From contig LWCA01000221.1 of NCBI GenBank assembly GCA_001642005.1, forward strand, positions 1-39,120: 39,120 nt of DNA. Reading direction: 5' to 3'. The notes under the pieces were generated by a model that worked only from the letters and a program-made list of their open reading frames with translations, made no database searches and was not told where the DNA came from. Shown here piece by piece: positions 24,101 to 34,949 of the stretch (positions are counted from its first letter, which is position 1; each line of letters opens with the position of its first letter). Both the position numbers and the translations under genes were made by a program. Origin of the DNA: Intoshia linei (lineage: Eukaryota; Animalia; Orthonectida).

Positions 24101-24684
24101 AATTAATATAGTTAAATATTTTGTGTTTTTGCTTTTTTTATGCTAATTTGCAGTTTATTTGATAAAAATCTTTTTTTTAATTGATTATAAAAGACGTTTC
24201 ATAATTTTAAAATTTAGGAAATGTACAAATATTCCGATATTATTGATTTGAATTATATTTATTCTAACGATATTCATGCAATTTCCAAGGCTTATGGAAT
24301 TGAAGCCGCGTATGCCGTTACTATTCAGGTTATATTTAACACTTTGAGAGTCCATATCAGTAAATTTAAATTTCAATATTTTCTGGATTTTGGAGATTTA
24401 ACCTAACAATTCAATGGGCTATATTTTGACTAATTTTTTAAAATTATATTGAAAGGGTTTTCTGTTTATTTTAATTTTAAATTTATTTTAGGAAATTAAC
24501 AATGTTTTCGGTGCGTATGGAATTGAAGTAGACAGACGGCATTTAAGCTTAGTTGTCGACTATATGACTTATGATGGATATGTCAAACCATTTAGTCGAA
24601 ATGGAATACAAACTATTTCTTCACCTATTCAGAAAATGAGTTTTGAAATGTCACTATCTTTCTTACGTTCAGCAATTTTATCAG
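18146..24684 (+). CDS. POLR1A: DNA-directed RNA polymerase I largest subunit; join(18146..18308,18662..18789,19067..23590,24218..24328,24492..>24684); last exon not found
   Basis: GPLDPALG, CxTC...[34 protein letters not shown], catalytic [60 protein letters not shown] (Pol I-type), acidic expander region, VFGAYGIEVDRRHLSLVVDYMT. All junctions are phase-compatible. Confidence 0.97.
23641..23975. mobile_element. MULE/foldback-type MITE in RPA1 intron 3
   Basis: Perfect 9-bp TSD ATTTAAAAT (23632-23640, 23976-23984) and G...C termini. Long imperfect inverted arms are built from ~29-30 bp subrepeats (TTTTACCAAC on the left, GTTGGTAAAA on the right). Confidence 0.85.
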
Positions 24685-25401
24685 GTAGTTATATTGTTTA
24701 TAAATATTAATTTTTTTAATTAATTGAAAAATGAAAAGATAATTTTCAATTAATTGGTTTTTTTCATATAATTGAAAAAATATAAATTGAATCCTTTTAT
24801 TGACGAATGGTTAGATGAAAAAATTAATTAAATTTTTTTATGTAGTTCAATAATTACAATATTAAGGTGTCAAGTTGACACTGTCAACACTCGTTGTAGC
24901 GTATCACAGTCCCACTATGCTTTATTTATTTCCAAATTCGAAAAAATAAAAAAAATAATATGAAAATATGTTCTAAATACTATTTTGCAAATAAAATAGT
25001 TTGACACTGTATAAAAAAATCAACTTTTCATTATTCTATGCAATTTTAGAAAAATAGAAACGCGTTTTTCACTAGAAAAATGATGTATTTAACTTACTAG
25101 CTTGACTTTTATGTACTTCGAACAAACAGCATCCTAGTATATTAATTATAACCACATGACAGTTTTTTTAAAATGATTATGATATTGTTATTAATTTTCA
25201 ATTAATTGAAAAATAATTTTTGAACAAACAATTAATTCTAATCCCTGATACGTATTATTACGTTTACGAAGTATATTGTATATCAGTTCTGGGTAACCTT
25301 TTTCACTATGTGATAATTAACCTTCTGCAAAGGCACTCAATTACTCAATAATAAATGTATAATACATTATGATTAATACTTATAATGTAATGTACCAATA
25401 G

Positions 25402-26722
25402 TACTTTATTAACGTGTGTACTGGACGCGTAAGGCAACAATTGATAACATATTAATATTTAGCTGAAAATACAAGTGAATAAATGCAAAAATAGATTAAA
25501 GGAATTGATCAATTTAATACATCAAATACAGGAACCAACTATGCAAGTTGAACGTTATTCTAATGAAACTAAAGATAAAATGGAAAAAATAACATTGGCT
25601 CAATCAAAATTTGATTCTAGTCAAAAAGAAAATAAAAAGGTACATAAATGATTCGATTTAAAATACATGAAAGTAATTAAAAAAATATTGCGTCAAAAAA
25701 TCATTTATAACCCCAACAGATTTATTTGTTTTAGATTATTTATGTTAAATTTAAATATTAAATTTATTTAATTTTTATAAATTTCATAGTAATATTTGTA
25801 GTATTAATTTGAGGAATTTTTATGTACATTAATTGTGATGTATTATATTATTTACGTCATTTTTGTTAGTTCAATCATATCAAATAGGTATTACGTTTAG
25901 TATTACATTTTCATTAACGAACAAAAGTGTACTACATATAATTTCCCAAATATGTTAATGTAGTTAGAACTATTACAAATATCCTAATAGTACACCCACA
26001 AAGGTTAAGTTTGATTATAATGTATTTACTTTTAATTACAAATATTTTTCAATATTAACTCTTGATAGCGTTTAATACGGTAAAAGGATTACCCAACAAT
26101 CATTAACAAGAATTTATTTTAGAAATATGATAAAGTGCAGGAAAAAGCCAAACATACACTCAAAAAAGTACAAGTATACTATAATAAAAGTAAAAGGTTA
26201 GTAAAAAAAATAAGCGATCTTAAAAATAAAACTGATAAACTGCGATTATCTCTGGGGACCAGATGGAACAAAATTAAAAGTAATTTTTGAAATATAAAAC
26301 TAAATTTTAAGGATTTTTTGTTAAAGAAAAACTGTTTTCATATCTTGCGTTAATTTTTTTAAATCCCGTATCTAGATTTGTTAGAAGATTTTTCTTGAAA
26401 CCTCATCATCATTCAAATGATTATTTTTCTAAAACATAGAATATAATCGATCATTACATTTTATTAAAATTAGAAACGTTAAACCCTTTTCAAATGTTAG
26501 TTAACCGTTTTCCTACATTTATAAATTATTTTTAAAATGTTCATTATTTATAGATAAAAAAATTTAAATTTAAAAAATGTAGATGTTGACAAAGAATTTA
26601 TTAAAAACGAACATGCTTCAAAAACATTGAATTCTCTCATCGAAAAACTGAAAAAACGTTCAATTGATTTGTTTTATGGGATAAAGGCAAAAACTTATTT
26701 TTTAAGAAATTGTATTAATTAA
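25402..26722 (+). CDS. Coiled-coil protein gene fragment, no start found; candidate join(<25402..25428,25463..25639,26123..26279,26583..26722)
   Basis: Open, phase-compatible AG/GT-bounded exons: LKIQVNKCKNRLKELINLIHQIQE...ENKK / KYDKVQEKAKHTLKKVQ...LVKKISDLKNKTDKLRLSL. Heptad-like character and a 34-bp intron. The 3' structure is ambiguous. Confidence 0.55.
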
Positions 26723-26763
26723 ATTTTACAATGTTTGTTTCACAAAGTAAGTACAGTATAGAG

Positions 26764-27051
26764 CAGTGGTAAATTTTTAAATTCCTCCCCAGTCATTACT
26801 TCATTTATGACTAAATTTTAAATTATACTATATGTCGTAATTTTGTGCATATCTGTAAATTATCCATATTACAGTCACTAATCCTATTTTAAAGTTAAAT
26901 ATTTTATGTTTTATTTGTTTATGAATCAATATTTCTATAATTATGGACAGAACACTACTAAATTAAACTAAAATAATTTTTTCGCCCAAATTGCCCCCTT
27001 TTAAATATTTCCTCACCTGGGAGCCATTTAGCTCACTGTTGAGAACCACTG
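26764..27051. mobile_element. hAT (Buster/Charlie-type) MITE
   Basis: Termini CAGTGGT / GTTGAGAACCACTG; TSD GTATAGAG / GCATAGAG (7/8). Confidence 0.75.
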
Positions 27052-27489
27052 GCATAGAGGTAGTAGTTCACGTGTTCAATATAGTTCAAAAACATGTATG
27101 GACCAAACAAATTTAATCCAAACTTAATTCAACATGGATCGGTCAGTTCACACTAGTGTTTTAACTTTACCGACTTTTTCAGTACCGGTAATTACTTTTT
27201 AAGCATAGATTAATTCATATTTAAATAGAATAACTATAATTAACAAGAATGATATAATGAAGAATTGATTAAGAATACATACAAACAATTTAACATGCAA
27301 TTTTTCATCATAAATATTTGACCTCCTAAAAATTTTCACCAATAGATCAAATTAATCAAAATAAACGTCAACGTCAAAAAATAAGCTAGAATCGTTTAAA
27401 TGATAAAATTTTTTATTTTTTTACCTTAAAATTAAAAATCCAGTTAATTCAATTTCAGTGAAAGTTAGAATACTTTATACGACTAAACA

Positions 27490-27660
27490 TTATCTTTTGA
27501 GTCTTTCAGAAGCAAAATAGGATTGAAAAAAACATACTGCATCCAAAGTATTAGGAGACAATCTTGATCGTCTTTTTGTAAGAAAATATCCAGTATTTGA
27601 AAACGCCGGTTCACTTAGTTTATCAATCGCTTCAAAAGCTTGAAAATCTTTATCTATGTT
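27490..27660 (-). pseudogene. hAT transposase C-terminal dimerization domain remnant
   Basis: SEPAFSNTGYFLTKRRSRLSPNTLDAVCFFQSYF matches the SERxFS...RxRL...L pattern. A possible element end TAGTGTT lies at 27154. Confidence 0.8.
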
Positions 27661-28099
27661 GACATTAGATGATAAAATTATAAGTGAAAATTGATGAAAT
27701 GTTGATTTACAATATTGAATCAGACTGAGACTCTCAGTATTTCTAAAACTTTAATATATGACAAATTAATATTTTTAAAATTAGAGGTAAAAATTTACAG
27801 ATGTGTAAACATTAATCTCTAGGAGCCAACTATTATAAATTAATAGAGTTTTTTTAATGTTCATTTTTTAAATTAACGGCAACCGAAAATAATTTACCGA
27901 TATGAAATTTGAAATTTGTGTAAAAACTTTTAAAAACAATTTGTTGATGAGATTTAAGTTAAGTTATTCAAGAATGGGTGTATAATCTTAAAAATATAAT
28001 AAAAACAGTACAGTCCTTAAAATCATTGTAAATAACATGAATTCCACACAAAAAATGACTACCAATGTGCTTTTTTGACTTAAATGTGTTACTTTGTGA

Positions 28100-28430
28100 T
28101 ATTAAAAGAAATTGAGTGTTAACTGGTATAAATCTATGAGCTGTCATTTTTTTAAATGCTATAACTTTTTTCATTTGTAAAAAAATAGTAATTTGTGGTT
28201 ATAACCACGAAGATTTAAGTTTCTCAGGTTGATATTCACAATTTTTTTAAAAAAAGGAGAATGGGGTTTTTGACCCTGATTAATTAATTTTGAAAAATGA
28301 AAACTGAAATTTTACATTATTCATAAAAAAAATATTAGAAATTATGCTATTTTAAATGTTACAACTGTTAATTTTTTAAATATTCGATAACACATACACA
28401 GACATTACATTTTATATAAGTAAAGGTAAA
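28100..28430. repeat. Further degraded modules of the foldback-like repeat
   Basis: GTGTTAACTGG.AT matches about 6990. ACACAGAC...TTATATAAGTAAAGG (about 28390-28425) is the reverse complement of about 8237-8275. Confidence 0.55.
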
Positions 28431-29451
28431 GTATAAAAATAAAAGTATAGTATTATATAATAAGCTCATTTTTTTCAAAAATGTATATTCAAAATAATTC
28501 AAATAATTTTGATTCATTTAATAATTTGTTGTAATTTTGATTTGATTATGATTTAATTTAATATTTTAAAACTATTTAACTTTTTAGTATTACGTTTGAA
28601 TAAGGATTTTTATACTTAACTAGATTATACTTGAATTGCATTTGATTACAATTGAAAAAAATGTTGTCAAATAAAATTAATACATATATTTATTGTTAAT
28701 TAGTTATCATTTATAACTTATATATATTTACTTAAATATTTAAAGCTTGGTGGGTAATTATAGAATAGATGAAAAATAGGACGATTAATAATATTAATCC
28801 CCACAATCATTGATTATGTATTTGGATTTATATTTGAATTGTTTATAAGTTATTTTTTTCTTTGTTTTTGCATTAAATTTAATCGTAGAACAATATTAGA
28901 GTCAAGCCGATTGTATGCGCAACGCAGATTCGACACATCATTTTTGTATCAGCTTTAATATTTAATTATTCACCAATTCATATATAGAAAAAGTAGAATT
29001 TAAGTCAAATATATTAACAAATATATGTAAGTCAAATTTACAAACAAGTGTTTAAATTAATTGACGTAAGCCAAAATATGATGAGTGTAGAAATCTAGAC
29101 TTAAAAAGTTGACTTAATTAATTCCCAAAATAGGTTTTCAAATTCATCTATAATTTGTTGGACTGCGTAATTATCATTTATTATAATATATCGTGCAATA
29201 ATTTTATATTTAAATTGTGATGCAAAAATAAAATTCAAGAATATCTAAAAATCTTTGGGTGATGGTAAAATTGATTTATTTTTCACATCAAATTTTTTAA
29301 CAGGATTTTTTTCTATTGCCTATATTACATTTTTTCTGAAATCTTTATAAATTATACCTTCAACACAATGATTGCAATATTTTTACTTATCATAACGATT
29401 AGATGTATAAAATATTAATAAAATGTAAACTGGTTTATATATAGTATTTTC

Positions 29452-32400
29452 ATGGAAAACTACGAAAAAATAGCAAATGTTGGTTTTGGTGCATTTGGAA
29501 AATGTGAGATGATTAAGAACATAAAAAATCAGGAGGTAATTATTAATAAACACTAAGAAATAATTTCCAAAGGTTGCCCACAAAAGATTTAAATTTTGTA
29601 AATAAAAAAAAGTATTTTACTGATAATAAAGGTTTATTGTAACCTTTCCAAATATTTAAAAAACCATTGTAATTTTTACTTAAAAAATTTTCAGAGTTAT
29701 TAATTGGTACGATTGTACAATATACATAGTAATATTTAGTGGTATGTTTGAGTTTTAAGAAGAATTTTTGTATGTTGATCTCCAAGTATGTATTATTTTG
29801 TGACAAAATTTAGTTGTAAATAAATTTGTAAGTACATATACTTCATGTATTTTCAAATAATAACGAATAAAGTGAACTTATATACATTAAAGTCCCAATC
29901 ATGGTAGTCACCAGGCCAGTATACAGAGACGTTTTAATGCATGGGCAATATAGCTGTAGCCCAGGACCCCTCATTAAAAAAGGCCCCAAATTAATAAAAT
30001 TACTTACATTTATATCTTAAAAAGAGGCCCCAAATTAATAAAAATACTTTAAATTTAATATCTTAAGAATCAGTTTATAAGTTTTGAAGTTTATTGAAGT
30101 TTGAACTTTTTCTAAACTAAAAATAATTAAGAATGAACTTCGAAATTGCTTAGCTCAACCTCGTTTGAATGCGCTCTCCTTAATGTCAATTGAGAATGAT
30201 ATCTGATTTCTCTCAGAAAAAAGTGAGAAAACAACATTTGTGAAGAATTATCAAGAATTTTTTGTGACTGCATGGTGTATATTTTCAAATGAAAAAGTAA
30301 ACTTTTTTTATTAAATAATGTAAGTAGGTTTTTGTAAAATAAATAAAAGTTACGAGAAACCTACATAATATCTTTTAATGTTTTTATTAATACTCAATAA
30401 AATAAAACTCTAAGTCTCCAACCAACAGTATACCCTGTCTTCTAAACAGGGGACCTTTTTTTATTATCGCTTCGCTCGAAATTTTAAAGGCCCCGGACTC
30501 GTATTATCACTCGTATCTATCGAACAAGAAAATAAAAGTACGAAATATGTTAACGGCATTAATATTATTTTTTTAATTTTTCATAAATATAAGAAATTTT
30601 CATTACTTTTAGTAATATGAGATGAATTTATCCAACAAAAAAAATAAAATTTAATTTTAAAACGTTCATTTTCAAGATAGTGTTTACCAAACTCTACTCA
30701 CACATATGACCTCAACATAAATATATATTTTTTTAATATTAAATATTCTTAAATAAATAACACAATATCGACCATAATCAACTGACTTTATAGTCAATAA
30801 TAATCAAAATAACTACATTAAGCCCTTATTTATTAATAATTCATATTATCATTCCATTTCTAGTGAAAAACAGGATTTTATAAACTTTTAGAACAGTTAA
30901 CATGACATTTTAAAATATTTAATATATTACCATATTAAAATATATTAATATTAACATCTTGTAAATTACTGTTTACTAATATTTAGTTAGATCTCCTTTA
31001 GATTGAATTAGAGTATTTATTATGCGTGTCATTGACTAATTGTAATCATAACATATATAGTCCGAATCATCACATTTGCAGGAAATGTCAATTTTCTTTA
31101 TACAATATGATATATGAGCTTCATTTGACCTTCTCCGTACATTCGACGATTGATCGTCCATAAAAGTTATCATAGATTCGTTCGAAAAAATTACTGAAAA
31201 ATATTTGATAAACATAATATAAAAATTCCCATTTTTATACATTACATTCGTTTGGCCCCCTAATAATTATTTCGTCCCCCTGGCTGAAAATCCTAGATCC
31301 GCCACTGGTCTATTTCTTATATCGTATCCTCTTTATAATACTAAAATACTCCCAACTATCTATATTTCTGACGAAATTGTGATGATCTTTTTTGTTCAGT
31401 GTAATGAAAAAATTACCAAGATCAACCAAACCCAAAAATCCTTAATTTAAAAATCTATAGCAAAGATATACCTACATCAATTTATTATTGTTTAAATATT
31501 TATTTTGTAATAAAATTAAGATATTTTTTTAGCAAATTTTTAGTTTCTTAACACTTTTTGGCCAAAATTAGCAATTTCTATTTATAATCTTCATTTACCT
31601 TATTATGCAGGTCAAACAGATGCCTGAAATTAATATATTTGATATTTTCAACAGAAGTGTCATTATTTTTATTTTTTACCTTCCCATTTATCTATATTTA
31701 TTTCGACCCACGAACGTAAAATGTAGGACATACATGGAAAGCATTGAATACATTGGTACATACAATCCGTTCGTATATGCAATGTGTGTATCCGCTGTTG
31801 TGTAAATAGTCCATAATCTATCGTTTTAATGACGACAACATAAGGTTTTATTGGAATTATCTTTAAATTTTGTAAAATATTTTTGTGTTGTAATTTTTCG
31901 ATATTTTTTGTTGGCCCATTTTTGTAAATTTTGACAATGAAAATATTTTTGTGTATCCTATTTTTCTAAATTTTATGTTTAAAATTTACATAGACACATT
32001 TAAACAGCACGATAAAGTAAATTAAAGTAAAAATAGAGTTATCGTAAACGTTATTTTTAATTTTATATGAAGTATAATATATTAAACAAATTTATAATTT
32101 TAATGTTTACAACGTTTTCACAGTAAAATCACTTGTTCATACTAAACGAAAATATGAAATATTAACCAAATAACAATAAAATAATATTTCATTTTTTTAT
32201 TTCATAACTTATAATTATACTTATTCTTCAAATTTATAAATCAAAACTGAAAAATTTAAGTTTAAAATTATAAAACTTGTCTAAAATATGCGGATGTCCT
32301 AGCGAAATTTTCTCAAAAAGGGTTATATTGTACAGTATATTCAATAAGCCAGTTATTAAGTATTGTTATATTCAATCATCACGGAGAATTTTTAATGATT

Positions 32401-34787
32401 AAAAAATTGACCCATGTCAAATCTAGTTAATGTTGATTTTTTTCCTCCTTATCATTATTATGGTCATATTTATACAAATTTTATCATTATCATAACATTT
32501 TTATTCGAATCAGAATAATTGTAAGCTAATAATTGAAGCTAGCTTATCCTAGTAGGTTATAAATCAAAATTAATCAGGAAAATAATTGAGATTTACTATA
32601 TTTGTATATATATTATAAATTATAGGAGTGCGACAGTGTTATAAATTATAACACTAGTAGTAACATATAATAGGGGTGCTATCTTCTAAAAATTTTATAT
32701 GGGGCACTGTAAAATAAAAGGTTAGGAAACACTGGTTTAAGTAATTATTGCATATAAGTCAACTAGAAGTTCTCATTCATGAACTGCATATGCAGTTCAT
32801 GAATGTGAGAGTGCTAATACATTTGTATTTGGAATTATTAACAAATATGTTATATTTTACTTGAATAAAGAAAAAATTTATTAATAAATAATAAATACAA
32901 AAATTACATTAAAATTGGGATGCTCACTGTGCAACACTCATCAATGTAAAAAAGCGCATAATTATAAAAAATTAATTTAAAAGCGTAAAAATTGCGTTTA
33001 AGTTATCGTTAAAAAAAATTTTTTGCAACAGCTTTTAAGATAATATACTCCCCTGGTTTTCATGGGCAAAATTATGTCTTTCATATAATTTAATCCATTT
33101 CTTATATTATAATTATTCACATATTTTGTATAAAATGTTATATTATATAAAGTAGATTTATGTATCAAAAATAGTAGAATTTCGATTCATGTCTCAAATT
33201 GAAAAGCAACAACTTGTTCATGAGGTTAATTTATTACGAAAATTAAATCATCCCAACATTGTACGATATCATGACAGAATAATAGATAAAATAAATTCAA
33301 AATTATACTTGATAATGGAATATTGTATTAATGGTGATTTATCAAAATTGATTAATTTAAAAAAAAAGACTGGGTATTTATCAATTAAATAAATTAAAAT
33401 ACTAATTTTAGAGGTATGTTTGCAGAAAAATTCATTTGGAAAATTGCATCTCAAATAACGTCAGCACTGAAAGTTTGTCATAATAAATCTTTCAACAAGG
33501 AAAACAAAGTAATATTGCACAGGGACATTAAACCAGCAAATATATTTTTGGACGAAGAATACAATGTCAAATTAGGAGATTTTGGATTGGCTAAATCACT
33601 TCCATCTAGTTTAGAATACGCTCTAACGGTAGCTGGAACTCCCAATTACATGTCGCCCGAACAAATCAAAATGGAGCCATACAATAACAAATCGGATGTT
33701 TGGTCCTTGGGATGTTTGATTTATGAACTGGCCACATTGAACCATCCATTTGGTGGTAATTGTGCCAAAGATTTGGCATTTTGTATTTGTACAGCTAGAT
33801 TTAAACCTGTTGCAGACACATATTCGATTGAAATGAAAAATTTTGTGCAACTTCTTCTGAATCCAGACGTAAATTGGAATTTATTTAAAATAATTATTTG
33901 TATAGAGTCAAGAAAGGCCATCAATCGAACAAGTCGAAAAATTTATCGATTGTAATTATACAGATATGATGAAAACGTTAACAAGTGATAAAATAGAAAA
34001 GGATATTTTTAAATTAATGGAATGGGAAAAGGCTTTGGAAGCACGTGAATGTCTTTTAATTGGTAACATCTAAACCATGGGTGCACAAACTTTCCACCAA
34101 TTCAGCCGAATAGCTACTTTACTCATTGATACTACGGCCGCACAAAATTTGAATTAAGTCATTTTAAAAAGATGCCCATTATGCAAATTCGTTAAGTTAT
34201 AAGATTCGAAATATTTCTCGTCTTAACAATTCCAACATTTTAATAACTACATACATTAATAATAATGTAAATTTAGTATCGTATGATGAACCTGAATCGA
34301 CTCAAAGAGGTCGATTCTTCCATTATTGTGATCCATTGCTCAGTATTCTTACTACAAACTTTAAATCTTTACTTTTGACCTAAAGTTTAGTCTAATAAAA
34401 GAAATTTCTTTAAATTTTAATACATGTATCAGCAAGTTTTAATTAATTAGAGAAACTGGGGCAAAGTCAAAAATGTAACTTTTTGATTAAAACATTTTAA
34501 ATACCCTTGAATAAAATCTGATTTAAACTTTTCAATTTGAAGTAAAATGATATATTGCATTATGATCAAATTGATTGCCCATGGTCACACATAAACGCTC
34601 TCATGGCCACAGGTTGTGCACCCCTAATCTAAACGGTGGAAAATTAAAATTGTATGCATTAGAAAACGAAGAAAAAATGAACAAAAAATTGAAAAAATTA
34701 AATATAAAGTCTGCTAGGTAAATTAATAATATTAGAATGTATATTTTTAGATTGAACAATTTACTAAAAAGATTGAATATGAAATGA
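29452..34787 (+). CDS. NEK2: NIMA-related kinase, NEK2-like; join(29452..29535,33156..33373,33412..33868,33906..34062,34663..34717,34751..34787)
   Basis: Exon 1, absent from the ORF track, supplies the Gly loop: MENYEKIANVGFGAFGKC. Then IYVSK, EKQQLVHEVNLLRKLNHPNIVRYHDRIID, HRDIKPANIFLD, KLGDFGLA, GTPNYMSPEQ, KSDVWSLGC and a short coiled coil (WEKALEARE). Introns are 3620, 38, 37, 600 and 33 bp. Confidence 0.9.
29912..30500 (+). mobile_element. Internally deleted hAT-Tip100-like element in NEK2 intron 1
   Basis: Left terminus CAGGCC with GGCCCC subterminal motifs. 30105-30203 translates TFSKLKIIKNELRNCLAQPRLNALSLMSIENDI (hAT dimerization domain). The right TIR is not resolved. Confidence 0.7.
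31095..31205 (-). pseudogene. Tc1/mariner transposase fragment
   Basis: SVIFSNES...VRRRSNEAH...CIKK resembles the Tc1 VIFSDES...VRR..GE...C..K block, with the first catalytic D changed to N. Confidence 0.65.
31280..31307. mobile_element. Solo hAT-Tip100-type terminus
   Basis: AAAATCCTAGATCCGCCACTG, reverse complement CAGTGGCGGATCTAGGATTTT, with the same CAGTGGCG start as the 13701 terminus. Partner end not found. Confidence 0.6.
31599..31965 (-). CDS. Candidate nested antisense gene fragment with PAN/apple-like Cys pattern; complement(join(<31599..31623,31680..>31965))
   Basis: An open ~95-codon frame ending DCMYQCIQCFPCMSYILRSW...KWE G|GT is spliced through a 56-bp intron (GTAAAA...TTTCAG) to GICLTCII R|GTAAAT. 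Start and end are not resolved. Confidence 0.5.
32774..32805. repeat. Perfect 32-bp palindrome
   Basis: CATTCATGAACTGCAT|ATGCAGTTCATGAATG is its own reverse complement. Confidence 0.95.
34076..34626. mobile_element. hAT (Buster/Charlie-type) MITE in NEK2 intron 4
   Basis: TIRs CATGGGTGCACAAAC / GGTTGTGCACCCCTA; perfect TSD ATCTAAAC (34068-34075, 34627-34634). Confidence 0.9.
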
Positions 34788-34949
34788 ATAAAAATGTGTA
34801 CATACCTTTGTTTAAACAATCAATCTATAAAGTATAAATTTTATTGCGATTGGTACAAATTATTTACAGTAAAATTGTTTTTGGTTTTGGATGTGCGTTT
34901 GACTAAATGAATATTTTAAAACCATAAAAATATATGAATAATAATAATA

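Noticed and set aside
17700-24885. Kolobok-like ends (CACCTTAA near 17718, TTAAGGTG near 24863)
   Set aside because: They face outward, and no partner TIRs were identified.
25284-26100. Pack-type element capturing the coiled-coil exons (TTAACCTT...AAGGTTAA; TGGGTAA...TTACCCA)
   Set aside because: The inverted matches are very short, no 8-bp TSD supports the outer pair, and the exon chain continues outside the putative ends.
31605-31805. Plus-strand 66-aa ORF as NEK2 exon 1
   Set aside because: No GxGxxG loop. The true first exon is 29452..29535, and the opposite strand has better coding and splice signals.
32634-32734. Complete Charlie MITE ending AGGTTAGGAAACACTG
   Set aside because: The right end is plausible, but no left TIR with a matching TSD was found.
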